A DNA stretch of 64,000 bases from Octopus vulgaris (Eukaryota). The stretch spans positions 73,098,001 to 73,162,000 of the forward strand of contig OX597816.1 in assembly GCA_951406725.2 (NCBI GenBank). Direction: 5' to 3'. Position numbers and translations under genes: made by a program. Shown in pieces: positions 27,840 to 44,182 of the stretch (position 1 is the first letter of the stretch; each line of letters starts with the position of its first letter). The notes under the pieces were generated by a model, which did not search any database, was not told the origin of the DNA, and was given only the letters and a program-made list of their open reading frames with translations.

Positions 27840-28429
27840 TCATCTATTTATCTAGCTACTTCTCTATCTCCTTACTTATTTATTTAGCCATATTGTACGT
27901 CTTCATGTCTCTTTGCCTGCAATCAACTTGCCTACTATTCTCATTTCATATTATCACATCAATTGCTCACACACTGTGTCCTAAATTTGTTACACCTCAT
28001 CAAGTACAATTCTGTACATCTATATTTGTAGCTCATAGAATCTGAATTTACTTCTTTATGTTCGTTTCTTTGCTTTGTCTTTGATTTTATTTGTATTCTA
28101 ATTTGGGGTTTTTTCTTGTTTTTTTTTTTTTTTGGTTTTTGTTTCAGGCGTATTTATTTCATATCTACCAGTCTCTCATTAATTATGTCTGAATACATAC
28201 TTTTTATCACATGTCTGTCTTTCTATCGAAGGAATGTATATGTGCACACACACACACACGCACATGCACACGCACACACACTCACACTCGCACGCACTCA
28301 CACACGCACACACATACACATACAAACATACACACACACACACATACTTCGATAGACTGAAGCCACCATAGACTCATATAATTGTTCATACCTATCTATC
28401 TATCTATCAATGTATAAAATCCTTAAATC

Positions 28430-28481
28430 CCTAAAAATGTTTCAGCCCGAAGGCTGCGGCCATGCTGGGGCACCACCGTTG

Positions 28482-28484
<3 letters not shown>
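28430..28484 (-). mobile_element. Isolated CR1-like 3' tail fragment
   Basis: Minus strand ggtggtgccccagcatggccgc-agccttcgggct-gaaac; a similar fragment lies at ~17625-17665. Confidence 0.6.
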
Positions 28485-28543
<59 letters not shown>

Positions 28544-28569
28544 CATATACATATATATATAACATGTAT

Positions 28570-28612
<43 letters not shown>

Positions 28613-30177
28613 CATATATATATAATATACATATATACATATATATAATATACATATATATATATAATGTATAGCTATAAAGGTAGCTAGAAAGATATAC
28701 ATACACACCTATATATATATTTTTTTCTCTAGTTTCAGCTATAGAAACGTGTGTGTATAAGTGTGTGTGTTTGCTATACTGAAAGGCAGCGAGTACATTG
28801 GAGCTGATTACATGACTATCCGATTTTAGGTATAAATATAATAACCATTGTCACACTTGTCATACCAGATGCGACGTTCACCCCTGATACACTTCGTAAC
28901 AGAGCGGTCTCATTCGTACATTATACGTAAAAAGAAGTTCTTCCTGATAAGTAGAAGGACAAGGGTTCAATTCTTATAAGTGAATTTATTGTTTTGTTAT
29001 ACAGTTGAGGTTGCTTATTATAACCATGTATAGTAGATAAGGCAGTTATCAATGCAAGCAAAATTAGGGTCTCGGACATGTTCAAGATGTTCTAGTGCCC
29101 TGCTTTATGCTTCCAGCCGGTTATTGTCATCTAATTTGCTCAGCTGGAAATTGATTACAAGTAGGGGTTACCAAGATTTTTATTTCACGATTAGAAATTA
29201 TTTTGCTTAGTTTTTAATCTCGGTCTAACATTTCATATTATTCATATGAAAATATTTACTGTCTACGCAAACCTGTGCACGTGTGTGTATATGTGTGTGT
29301 ATGTCTCTGCGCATTTGTGTGTGTATGCCAATATCTATCTGTTTAACTCTTTGTTACACACACACACATACACACAAACACACACGTACATACACATACA
29401 GGCACACAAACACACACACACACACATATATACATATATATAATATGATATATATACACATATATATAAATACATATATATATGTATATATATATATATA
29501 TATGTATGTGTATATAAATATAAATATATATATATGTGTATATATATATATATGCATACATATATATATATGTATATATATGTGTGCGGGTGTGTGTTGT
29601 TAGTTAACCGAGCATTGAATGGTAATTAGACGTAGTTAATTTATTTTTTTAAATGTAGATATATAAAACGCATATCAACGAAAACGCCAACATCTAACTG
29701 GATTCGAACTTTTATTGTTATGAGTTCGTAGAATTAACACTACACTGCATGTTCCGTATTGACCCACTCTGCCGAACGGTAAATAATCATACCATACAGT
29801 GTACGAATGACTATACAGTTTTGGATTCCTTTGTGTCGGTGGATTTTCATTATAAGCAGAAGTTTAAAGAGAAAAGATCTGCGTTCGAATCTCACTTAAT
29901 CTCAACTAGTTATTCTTTTTCAAATAAGAAATTTCATATTCATTAAAATCTAACTGAAAGCACATCCGCAAGTAAGCATGCACAGGCTTTCGAACTGGTA
30001 TTCACATGTATGATAATCCATTCATTTTCAATTATTTATTAAAGGTTTTTAACTGAGAACACACACACACACGCACACATACACAGATATGCTTACTGAC
30101 TTATATACATACATGAACAGATACACACATATATACATATATACATCTCTCTCTCTCTATCTCTCTCTCTCTCTCTG

Positions 30178-30237
<60 letters not shown>

Positions 30238-30238
<1 letters not shown>

Positions 30239-30316
30239 TCTCCCCAAAAAGAAAAGCTCTACTTTGTAATTTGTCCCGTCTGTGGTGCAGCCCTGTGTAG
30301 CTAATAAAGAAACATA
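30238..30316 (+). mobile_element. Retroelement 3' end in (TA)n
   Basis: Homologous to 15944-16010. Confidence 0.6.
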
Positions 30317-30334
30317 TATATGTGTGTGTGTATG

Positions 30335-30398
<64 letters not shown>

Positions 30399-30728
30399 TG
30401 TGTGTGTGTGTATCTATGTAGGGATGTATATATTATAATATGTGTGTGCATAGAAGCCACTCTGAGAGCCTCTATATGGACACAGAATTTACTAGAAATA
30501 GTAGCTAAATCAATACAAATTGGATGGCTATGGCTCCATTTAATTTGATCATAGAATTGCTAGGTCGCAACTGGCTGAGGGACGCTAACAACGACATGTA
30601 CGTATGTATATAACATCTATATATTATATATACACCATAATTTATATATACGTACATATATACATATGTGTATATATATGCGTGTGTGTATATAGATCGA
30701 TTGACAGACAGACAGACAGACAGACAGG

Positions 30729-30803
<75 letters not shown>

Positions 30804-31243
30804 TAACAGGCATAGAGATATCGGACTATATTATGATACACAGGTATATACTGGGGTTTGGAGGTAGAGTGTCAGCGGCCAATGACAGGTACGTTACTAG
30901 AAAGAATTAGACCTCAATTAAAGAACCAAGAGAAGGTGCTTATGCATGCGTGTGATTTATACCTCTCTATAAAATATAGGAATCATTGTAATTAAATACA
31001 ATTGAAAAGCTACTCATTACGTAAGGTAGGAGATATGTCTTATGGGAAACCTGAATCTTCTGGGTTTCATTTTGTGATTTGTGAAATCGTTTGAAATACA
31101 TACATACACACACAAATAGACATACTTGTGTGTGCGCACATGTGTGCGTGGGGAGAGTGAGTGCCTGTGTGCTTCTGTATGTGTGTGTACGTATGTGTAT
31201 AAGTATGTATGCATATGTACGTGTGAGTGTGTGAATATGTATA

Positions 31244-31282
<39 letters not shown>

Positions 31283-31397
31283 CATTATCATCATCATCAT
31301 CATATATTAAACTATATTGTATGATTTATTTTATTATATAACAATATTCATCCGCAGAATACCATGCATATATATATAAATATACAAGCGTACCATG

Positions 31398-31448
<51 letters not shown>

Positions 31449-31449
31449 C

Positions 31450-31488
<39 letters not shown>

Positions 31489-31874
31489 AATAGATAGATT
31501 GATAGATATACATATACGTATATACCCACGCTCACGCATAAACAGACACGCACAAACGTACGCGCACGTACATACAAACACGCACGCACACACACACACA
31601 CATATAAAGTGATCCTCTAAATTTGATGTTAGAATAAGGCCAGAGCAATTTGTAATAAAAAATTAATAGAGTTAATACATGGCGATATCTATCCACCTTC
31701 ATCTGTCCTCTCTCTGATAATTTCTACTTCACCCTCCGTATCCTTATTTTCCGTTTATTCTACCTCATTTTGTAACCACATTATTTGTCGTCCTATGATT
31801 ATCTCTCCATCCTCCCTACCTATATCTATATCCATCTGTCTATCTATCTACCAGCTCTTCTATCTACTTGCCAG

Positions 31875-32002
<128 letters not shown>

Positions 32003-32344
32003 TTGTCTATCTATCCCTCTATTTAACTAATTATCTATCTGATGTGTAATCTATCTATTTACATGCCTATTTATATCTCTATCAATGTATTTATATTTCT
32101 TTCCTTCCATCTTTCTTTCTATATATCCTTCTGTTTGTGTATTTCCCTGTCTATTCTCCTTCCTCTGTCTTTGTATTTATCTATTCATCTATCTATCCGT
32201 CTGTCTCTCCATCTGTCTATCTGTCCCTCTTATATCTGTCTAATTGTCAGTTTGTCAGTCTGGCTTTCTATCTGTCTCGGACGTTTAACGATTTTGTTTT
32301 TGTTCGCTTTTAATATTGTCTGATACATACCAAGAACAATAATA

Positions 32345-32560
32345 ACTTCTTAACTTTGACACCAAACCCGAAATTTAGGAGAAAAGGGATCAGTCGTCCC
32401 TAAATCAACCCTAGTATCAAAATAGTACTCCATTTACTCGATCCAGGAGAGACGAGGGTCACAGTTAACTGCAGCAGGAGTTGAACGTAAGCAAATAGGC
32501 CTGAGAAATACCGCAAAGTATTGTTTGAAGACGCTCTAACGATTCTGCCACCTCATTGCT
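32345..32560 (-). mobile_element. Highly diverged SINE family B
   Basis: acgctctaacgattctgccacctc head and remnants of the central domain. Confidence 0.5.
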
Positions 32561-32826
32561 TTACCAACTGCAATAATAAACCAGAGGAAGAATTCGAGAG
32601 AAAACAGAAAAGATTCTATATCATTCCTTTTAGAGATGAACTTATTTCTTCCTTTTGTCAAACGTAGGACTAAATACGGAAAACGAAATTACGAAATAGC
32701 TTCACACATTTTCATATACTAATTTGAACACGTTTATACTATTCCTCATATGCGCGCGCGCGTGTATGTGTGTGTGTGTATCTGTATGCATGTATGTATG
32801 TATCAACATAGTATGTGTGAGTGTAT

Positions 32827-32892
<66 letters not shown>

Positions 32893-33033
32893 ACATACAT
32901 ATATTTGCATACACGCACATACATATAGCTGTGCACGTGTACATGTACATGCCAATAAGCGTATATCTATTAATATGTACATGAATATACACGCACAAAC
33001 ACACACATATACATATATATTTATACACACATA

Positions 33034-33111
<78 letters not shown>

Positions 33112-35817
33112 GCACTTACATACATTACAAAACATGATGGAAGAGGGGAAATAGTAATGTTAATAATAGTCATGGAAGACACATGTGGGTTTATCTAGTC
33201 AAGCATATGTGTGAATGTATATGTTTGCATTTACACCTATGTAAATGTATATATGAGTATGTGTGCATATATATGCGTGTATACACATGTATGTATCCAT
33301 GTGCGTATGTACATGCATTCGTGAAGTTGTTCATACGCAATATACATGAATACTGCAGCCAGACTAGGATGACACATATGCGCACGCTTGATGTGGTAAT
33401 AAAAACGCTAGCTTCCGGCAAACCAGGTCTTCGATCTACTTTCGGTTTCCCTTACAAGCATCACATTCCTCACAGTCTTTGATTGACCTTTCATGATGAC
33501 CTCACATATTTCACATAACTAAGACGGTCTCACAAGAAAATCGGATTCCTTCCTTCGTCATATATTTTTGTTGTTTGCTGTTTCATCTATTTGTTTGTGC
33601 ATTGCCTTTATTTTGTCAAGGCCAAAAGTAAAAAGAAGAGTTATCCAACCTTGAATAGACTAACAGGCTCTGTCTCTTTCACAAGGTCTACAAGTGCACA
33701 CGAACTTCCCCTTTTGCTCTAGTTTACCTACTTCTCTCAAGAAGTACCAGAAATAGGAACCGTAACAAATTATTCTGGACGATTTTACTAGAAATACGCG
33801 AGTGTTTTGTCTAAGTATAAAGGAATAGTTTTCATCTGCTTATTACTATGGATGGCATTTAGTGATGCCTTCAACTGTCCCAAATGAAGTGAGGGCTTAA
33901 GAGGTATTAGCAGTAACATATCTAAATTCATCTATAAAACTTTATTCACCCACGTTAATCAGGTGCTCCCTCCACTCTGAACACAGCTTCTCTAAGCTTC
34001 AAGAGATTATGTACAACAAGCAGCCTTTGCTCGCCAACTCAACGCTTGACCTGCTAGAAATTGTAACCGTATCGTTCTCTAATCATACAGAATCTTCTTA
34101 AAAAGGTAAAAGCTCTATATGCTTGCTGTCTTATTAAAACATATAAGGTGATTTTAAAGACAAATTAGTTTAAACCAAATCTAGGGAAAATAAGTGAAGT
34201 GAGCTGACGGCATAAACTTGTATAATGTTAAGGACCTTAAACTAAGATCAAAACTAAGGCCCGCTGAAATATAAATATATGGCATAAATTTGGATAACGT
34301 TCGATGAATTTTAAGATAAAGTTAAGGACTACTGGACTTTAGATATAATGACAGAAAGTTTAGGATCTTAAGTGAAGGGCAAGTTAATGATCACTGGACC
34401 TTAGACAAAATAAAATTTACCATCCAATTTATCTCTATCTTTGTTTGTCCATATCAGCTTATTAATTTATCGTCTTAAAGATGGAAAGTCCTCGCTGCAC
34501 TGTATTTTAAAAAATATACAAGGTGATCATCAAAGACATGAGGAAAGTTGAAGGAAAATGATCGAAATACCCCAATGACATAAATTTCAATAAGGATTTG
34601 GGAGCGATATATGGATTGCCGCATGAAGCAAATTCTTAAATAATTTGAATTTCCTCTAAGGTAGAGAAGGCCAATGAACATCTAGCGGTAATTTTTAGCG
34701 ACTTTTTGAGAGAAGGGGAGATAATCTTTTTTTAATTTAATTAATCTCTCGAAATATATTACTTGAATAACCCTAAAATGGGGCTTCTAGATCAGGGTTC
34801 CCCTGGGGATAATCAACGACAACTGTAAACAGCAGTTAATCACTGAAACCGTATCGAACTGTTTTCTCTCTCTTTCTCTTTCTCTCTCTCTCTCTCCCTC
34901 TTTCTGTCTCTCTTTCTGTCTCTCTCTATCTAACTGCCTATCTATCTATTTATCTATTTATCTCTATATCTCTATATCACACTCTATCTCTCTTTCTTTC
35001 TCTTTCTCTCTTCGTCTCTTCTACTGTATCACAAAGATTAATCATCTACCCCAACGACACTCTCTGATTATAAACCAAATCCAATATTCGCAAAATAGGG
35101 AAAGGAAATGACATTGGGAATGGTAACTTTCTTTCTAATACAACCAAGCAAATGACAGATCGTGTCTCGCCATGCCACTGGAGAAGAAGACTCTAGGACC
35201 ATCGTTGATGATATTTCGCAGCGAGTGATATCGTACTAGTTAATTCGTTAGCCAGTTATTGAAACCGAATGCAGAGAAATCCAACAAAATGCCTCACAAA
35301 CGAGGGCGTTACTAATGGCTACCACTCGTATTACTAATATAATAATATCAATATAACATAATATCAATTATATACTATGAGAACCTGAGGTTAAACATCA
35401 AATTTGAGACTTAAAAACTTTAAACAGTAATCATAGTAAAGGATTACGGAGATGTACTTGCATAGCGAGTGACTTGATCTGAGATCGTGTGCTGGTGCGG
35501 AAACAACTGCAGCGTGGAAGGTGTTTATAAGCTATTTAAGAAACATACAAAAACCGTTAGATTCACTTAAAAATATTTTCGTCGCTTTGAGACCGCGACC
35601 TGTTCACTGACAAAACTTCGTGCTACATCTAGTAAATAGTAAAGGAGATAGAGATTAATAGTAAATTTTAATTAATTCGAGCGCTTCTGTTTTTGTATAT
35701 TATGCATGAAGCCCATGATAGTCTGTAGCGCAATTGCATTTTACCTTCATTAAAAATAATTTCATATTAATAAAGTTCATGGTTATTTCATGACTGTATA
35801 TGTATTTATTTCGTATT

Positions 35818-36420
35818 GACGCAAAATGGCTGTGGTTAGAAGGTTGCTTCCCAACACTATGGTTTTGCGTTCAGTCCCAATGCATGGTATTTTGGGAAAG
35901 AGTATTGTACTGTAACACCGGGCCAACTAGAGCTTGCGAGTAGAGGAAAACTGTGTATGTATATATGCGTGTGGTTTGGCCTCCGCAACCGCTTGATAAC
36001 TAATGTTGATATATTTCTTAGGGCAGCAGAATCGTTTGCACGCCGGGCGAAATGTTTAGTGGTTATGTTCTGCCGTTATGTTCTGAGTTCAAATTCCGCC
36101 GAGGTCGATTTTGCCTTTCATTCTTTCGGGGTCGATTAAATAAGTAACAGTCACGCACTGGGGTCGATGTAATCGACTTACTCGCTTTGTGTCTCCCTGT
36201 TTGTCCCCTCGATGTATAGTCCCCTGTGGGCAATAAAGAAATAGATATATTTCTTACGTTCCTGTAACATGACAGTTGGACAAAAAACATCGATAGAATG
36301 GGTGCCAAGTTTAAAACGGAAAATATGTAATGGGGTTAATACGTTCGAGTAAACCTCTTCAAGGCGATGCTCCAACGTGGCCGCAGTCTAATACCTGAAA
36401 CAAGTAATAAATAAAGAAGA
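35818..36420 (+). mobile_element. Diverged SINE family A interrupted by a SINE family B copy (~36020-36250)
   Basis: A-family head at 35825-35940; B copy gcagaatcg...aataaagaaatag; A-family tail resumes from ~36255 to gaaacaagtaataaa. Confidence 0.75.
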
Positions 36421-36913
36421 TCCATTTTATGTGCACTTCGTAATTGATTTGTGCTTATTTCGTGTTTGCTATGTATGTAATTTCGTATTATTTATGAGAA
36501 TTTTTCAATTTATTTCCTATCTATTTCATGTGTAATTCGTCATGAATTTGCGAAAAGTTTATCGTATACCACGCTGGTGCATATTTAGTCAATATTTATT
36601 TGTCAGAGAGCAGGCTTGTATTTATTATAAAAATAAAATATAAAAAATGAAGTTCCACCGAAGCATCCCATGGTTTAAATTTAACCAGCCATCAACGTAT
36701 TTAACCATCTATAAATCTATCGTTCCTTCGTATATCCATCCATCCATTCAGCCATAAATTCCATACATCCATAAATTCATTCATTCACCCATCCATCCAT
36801 TCATCCATCCATTCATCCATCCATTTACTTACTTCCATGTATGTATGTATGTATTTATGTATGCTGGTAGGTAGATATGTAGGTAGGTAAGTAGATAAGT
36901 AGGTTTAAGTGAA

Positions 36914-37003
<90 letters not shown>

Positions 37004-37249
37004 GTATGTCTGCCTATATATCGTTTTATCTATCTACCTACCTATCTATGTATTTATTTACCTATCTTTAATTCTATCTATCTACCCATCTATCTATATA
37101 TCTATCTATCTCTCTTTCTGTCTGTAACTATCTATCTATCTATCTATCTGGTATGTCTGCCTATCCATCTTTTTTATCTATATACCTATATTTTTTCTAT
37201 CTACCAATTTTTCCGTCTATTTATCTATCTACCAACTTAGTAATCTTTT

Positions 37250-37347
<98 letters not shown>

Positions 37348-37585
37348 GTATGTATGTATTGGCATAGAATTACGTAGGCAGGGAACTATGTGAGTATTCA
37401 TCCTTGTGCACATATAGAACATTATATGCGTACGTAAGCAGTTTAAATAGATATATACTTATGTGGAAGACATTTTTTATGCGTGTATACGTCTGTGGGA
37501 GCGGGGTGATTATCAAATTCAAACGAAATAAAAATGGGTATTACCGTACACATATCAATACAGTGATCATACATGATATATATGC

Positions 37586-37664
<79 letters not shown>

Positions 37665-37886
37665 CGCATATGTATATGCACATGTGCTTGTATTCATGTA
37701 AAAAATATACATGCATATACATAAGTGAATATACAACTGCAATTGTTTATTGTATACGATTGCAAACGTTTCCTAACATTCGACATGGTTAGCCAAGTCG
37801 GGATTTCATCTGAGTGTTCATAACATATCTACTTCGATTTAAAATCCCTATTCCTTTGTCCGTAAACTTGTACATATATATATATA

Positions 37887-38274
37887 TACTCTTTTACTCT
37901 TTTACTTGTTTCAGTCATTTGACTGCGGCCATGCTGGAGCACCGCCTTTTTAATCGAGCAACTCGACCCCGGGACTTATTCTTTGTAAGCCCAGTACTTA
38001 TTCTATCGGTCTCTTTTGCCGAACCGCTAAGTAACACACCAGCATCGGTTGTCAAGCAATGCTAGGGGGACAAACACAGACACACAAACATACACGTACA
38101 CACATATATATACATATATACGACGGGCTTCTTTCAGTTTCCGTCTACTCACAAGGCTTCGGTCGGCCCGAGGCTATAGTAGAAGACACTTGCCCAAGGT
38201 GCCACGCAGTGGGACTGAACCCGGAACCATGTGGTTAGTAAGCAAGTTACTTACCACACAGCCACTCCTGCGCC
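37887..38274 (-). mobile_element. SINE family A, full length and young
   Basis: Complete from ggcgcaggagtggctgtgtgg to the (gtaaaaga)n tail, flanked by (TA)n. Confidence 0.92.
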
Positions 38275-38319
38275 TATATATATATATATACATATACATA
38301 TACATCTGCACACACACAG

Positions 38320-38376
<57 letters not shown>

Positions 38377-38442
38377 TGTATATACATATACATGTGTATA
38401 TATGTATATATATATATGTATGTATGTATGTATCTATATCTG

Positions 38443-38515
<73 letters not shown>

Positions 38516-38516
38516 A

Positions 38517-38555
<39 letters not shown>

Positions 38556-38633
38556 CATATATATATATATATATTATATTACATATATATTATACATATA
38601 TATATATATATATATTATACATATATATATAAA

Positions 38634-38957
38634 TTTCTTTAATTCTTTTATATGTTTCAGCTCTAACGTTGTGACCATGCTGGGGTGCCGTCCGTGTAAT
38701 TACCTTTTAATTGGTCAATCCTTTGTGATTGGTTTTTGGTGAAGGAGAGAGTTCGACACTGCTGCCCTCTTTTGAGTTTCCTACATAGATATTGGTTCAT
38801 CCGGGATCTTGGACTGCAAAAGGTCAAGATGTTTCTACACCTACCCAACTCATGGAAATCGCTCAGATGTTTTGACAAGGCGTTAAATATTTGTGGGCCC
38901 TTGAATCCCAAGCTATTGCAGTATATTGTCCTCACCTTAGAGGGGACTATTGGGACA
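38634..38957 (-). mobile_element. CR1-like LINE 3' fragment (frameshifted ORF2 C-terminus plus 3' tail)
   Basis: [20 protein letters not shown], then after a frameshift LDLLQSKIPDEP...[11 protein letters not shown]; tail ccccagcatggtcac...gctgaaacatataaaag. Confidence 0.75.
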
Positions 38958-39009
38958 TACATTCATACATACATACATACATACATACATACATACATAC
39001 ATACATACA

Positions 39010-39040
<31 letters not shown>

Positions 39041-39132
39041 GTGTATACACATGCACGCACGTACGCGCAAGCACACACACATATATGCAAGTGTATGTGT
39101 GTATATGTATGCATATGTATATATATGTTTGC

Positions 39133-39197
<65 letters not shown>

Positions 39198-39319
39198 AAG
39201 TGATATTGTTTTATTCTATTGGGTTTGGATGTTCCTATTCAATTAGTTAATAAATCATATGAATTGGTATTATCTGTAAGTTGATGATTGAAAGGAATCT
39301 GTTCCTCCATTTTCTTATT

Positions 39320-39376
<57 letters not shown>

Positions 39377-39439
39377 TCGCGCGCGCGCGCGTGTGTATAA
39401 ATACACATGTAAGTTTAGATAGATAGCTAGAGATATAAA

Positions 39440-39580
39440 TATACTGCATCTTATCGAAGGTTGAGTAAAATGCTTTTTTATTAAAGCAGCAAAAACATTA
39501 AAAAAAGCTGCTACTCAGAGTTTCACGTTTCCGTTCGTCGGGCAACTGTGATCAAGCTTTTGTAGCTTTAATAAAAAAAG
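39440..39580 (-). mobile_element. Family P3 element, one arm, with a well-formed minimal HHR motif at 39507-39546
   Basis: Minus strand gttgc-CCGACGA-acg gaaa cgt-GAAA-ctctgag-TA-gcagc. Confidence 0.75.
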
Positions 39581-39634
39581 TATATATATATATATATAAA
39601 TATACATATATATATGTGTATGTATGTATGAATG

Positions 39635-39702
<68 letters not shown>

Positions 39703-39710
39703 TATTTGTC

Positions 39711-39741
<31 letters not shown>

Positions 39742-39802
39742 ATGTATGCATTTATGTATGTATATGTATATACACTATATATGAAACTAGATATAGGTAT
39801 GT

Positions 39803-39848
<46 letters not shown>

Positions 39849-39935
39849 ATAAAGTGATAGGTAACATGCATGTATGAGGAAGATTGATAATAATAGAATG
39901 AATATATGTGGGTGCGTGACACAGGTAGAGACAGT

Positions 39936-39937
39936 GA

Positions 39938-40025
<88 letters not shown>

Positions 40026-40046
40026 AGGAAAGAAAGAAAGAAAGAA
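39936..40046. repeat. (GAAA)n microsatellite
   Basis: Direct reading. Confidence 0.98.
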
Positions 40047-40363
40047 CTGACCGAAATATTTGACTGATAGATTTAATTTAGCAGCCCTGAGAAACAAAAG
40101 CAACATTTTTTTTTCTGGCAAGATTAGAACTCGTACAATAGGCTATTCGATGTTCTCACGGCTCTCACCAAGCTCCCACTTCATACGTATGTGTGTGTGT
40201 ATGTGTGTGTGTGTGTGTGCGTTTGTGTGTGTGCATGTGTGTATGCATGTTATGCATATATGTATGTTTATATATATATATACATATACACACATACATG
40301 CAAACATACATATTTATGTCTTTGCATATGTGTGTATATACATGTATATGTAAATACCTACCA

Positions 40364-40405
<42 letters not shown>

Positions 40406-40719
40406 ATATATACACACATGCTCTCATTGTATACATATATTAAGTGGACGTTCAATAGTTAATATTAGATTATATGTTCCAATGTTTTCGTTTTGCCACA
40501 GGCAAATTGGCTGAATATGCTATAAAACAAGGTAACAACGCACTATTTTCAGGACATTAGTATAACATATGTATATATAATTTGTAAGCTAAACATGCAA
40601 CTGACCTGAGAAGCATAATGTCCACCCGTGTAAAGTATCACCTCGTGCATCGTTATAGGTACATATTACATTCACCTGAACGTGCATTTCTCTTTAATCT
40701 CACCTTTCTCCCTCTCATC

Positions 40720-40797
<78 letters not shown>

Positions 40798-40829
40798 CAC
40801 ATATATATACAAATAAATATATTGATATA

Positions 40830-40876
<47 letters not shown>

Positions 40877-41310
40877 CACACACTTGCTATATATTAGGGT
40901 TGTACCGTGATGAAGGGCTCGTGGTTATCATCAGTGCAAGCGAGCACACGCCTTATTCCCCCAGGAAACATATATGAGTATTTACGATATCTGACCTAAG
41001 GGTGATAGTCGAAGTGAAACTGATCATAGAGAATTTCCCAGATATCATGCTCAAAGTGAATTCAGAATCGATTGAACTCCCCACCACACCTAAATGCCCT
41101 TCGTACATCTACGTTTAATTCGACCTCTCGATGAACGTCATCTACGATTTTCAATAGACATCAGTAAAAGAAACTGAAATAATTTTTTAATACCCTCTTC
41201 ATTAAACTTGCTGAGTTATTGATTAGGGTATCTCATATAGCCGGTACCATTAGAAGCACTAAAACTCTCGCCTATACCATCTAAAATTGCTCTGAAATGG
41301 CCACGAAAGG

Positions 41311-41369
<59 letters not shown>

Positions 41370-41506
41370 AATCAAAATAAGTGATTTTAATCACCTAAAT
41401 TTTGAAATTGTATGGATTATACCGTACTAAATTCTGGGATCTCAACTTAAGTACCATCTGAATCTACATTTTTGCCGAACTCATCTACCATACCTAAATG
41501 TATATG

Positions 41507-41824
<318 letters not shown>

Positions 41825-42052
41825 AGTTTGATTCATCTCCATACAAGAAAGGTTTTATAGGCTTCTTACAGAGACCTAAACCATTCAAGCTCAGATAACC
41901 GAATTGATTACCTAGGCTCAATGAGCCAGGTTTCTATAGGCACTTAAATCGCATAAAACCAAAGCAAACGTTTTTAAATAATTATTTGTAACCCTTTCTA
42001 ATTGTGTTGAGTGCCACTTTCTTCCGTTTGTCCACTCATGTGTTGGTGCGTG

Positions 42053-42360
<308 letters not shown>

Positions 42361-42667
42361 TTATGTATGTATGTACGTATGTATGTATGTATGTATATTA
42401 TATGACAGTTAGTTGTCTTAATAGAACTCATAGATATATCATATTTATAGATAAATTCCTCTATTTAACATGATATCGAGGTGTCATTCATTCTTTTGTT
42501 GTCATACCATTACTATTAATATTATACACACACACACACACACACATATATATATGTGTATATATATATGCATCGTATGCATGGATTAAAATGTTATCAA
42601 ACTTTTAACATCTCTTCTCCATCTTTATATAGGACTGTGTTCTATAAATGCTCATAATACACCTTAT

Positions 42668-42738
<71 letters not shown>

Positions 42739-43391
42739 CAGAAGCGGAAAAATAAAACAAAACAATAAATTGAACAATTATAAATTCAATTCAAATATTT
42801 TATACAAACAAATGATACATACATACATACATACATACATGCAATTATAGAATTAACATGTCCTCTTCATTTTCAGGAAGTAGCAGCCAAATCTCGTTCA
42901 AATGATACGTAAGAGTCTATAACACAAAGACAAAAGAATGACACCGAGATGACTGATGGGGAAAACAGGGCTGGGTGTTTTATGTCTTGCAGGTCATCGA
43001 TCTACCTGATCGAAGACAACCTCAGATTGAACAAAGAGCAACGAATTGTACCTTACAGGATACATTACTGTTCCTTTTCTTCCATTACATTACCATACAG
43101 GTTATTCTTTTTCTGACACCTGCAGCTACAGACGCTGATGACGACGATGTCGGCGATGTCAGCGATGATTAGGAGGAAGAGGATGAGAAGGAGTAGGTTG
43201 TGGTGGTGATGGAGGGGAAGGTGATATGATGAAGATGATGAGGAGGCGGAGGATATGATGACGATGATGACGATATTGGTGATGATGATGATGGTGATGA
43301 TGATGATGGTGATGATGATGATGGTGGTGGTGATGATGATGTCCTTACAATTTCTTACTAGATGTGCTATAATTCATAAAATAAAATATAA

Positions 43392-43436
<45 letters not shown>

Positions 43437-43556
43437 ATGATATATACAATAGCAATATTACTATAATAAATATATTGTATTATATCGTTACATCATATAA
43501 ATACAAATTATATATATATATATATTTATTCCCACACATATATGCATGCACGTATA

Positions 43557-43647
<91 letters not shown>

Positions 43648-43666
43648 CAGAGACAGAGAGAGATGC

Positions 43667-43698
<32 letters not shown>

Positions 43699-43702
43699 AT
43701 AA

Positions 43703-43743
<41 letters not shown>

Positions 43744-43785
43744 CAGACAGATAGTTAGATAGATAGATGGATGGATGGATATGTA

Positions 43786-43819
<34 letters not shown>

Positions 43820-44182
43820 GCACACTCACACACACACACACACTCATATACATAATCACACACACATATGTTATTTACAACAATTTGATTTGGTTCCAAG
43901 CGACTTAAAGTTTTGCTGGCTTCTATCAGAAACCAGTCCATTTCTAACTTATTCAGCTGTTTAAAAATGTCAATGACCCTAGTTTTTATCTGAAATATCA
44001 GATGAACCACATCGTGGTCGGGGAACACAAAGAAGAGCAGTCCAGTCCAATTCACTCTTTCATCATTGACAGTGACTTCGAAGTGTCTGCTAGCTAAGGC
44101 CTCAACGGAATACGCAGATCGGCGATAGCTTACCTGGCAGAAACACTGTCGATAATATGTATGTATATGTATATAATAGTAT

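Noticed and set aside
37905-37947. SINE A/LINE tail hairpin followed by GAAAC as a hammerhead
   Set aside because: No CUGANGA box or helix I; treated as a LINE 3' recognition stem-loop.
42975-43172. ORF with an acceptor-like tcttgcag
   Set aside because: It overlaps the 3' part of a degenerate family D repeat and runs into low-complexity sequence.
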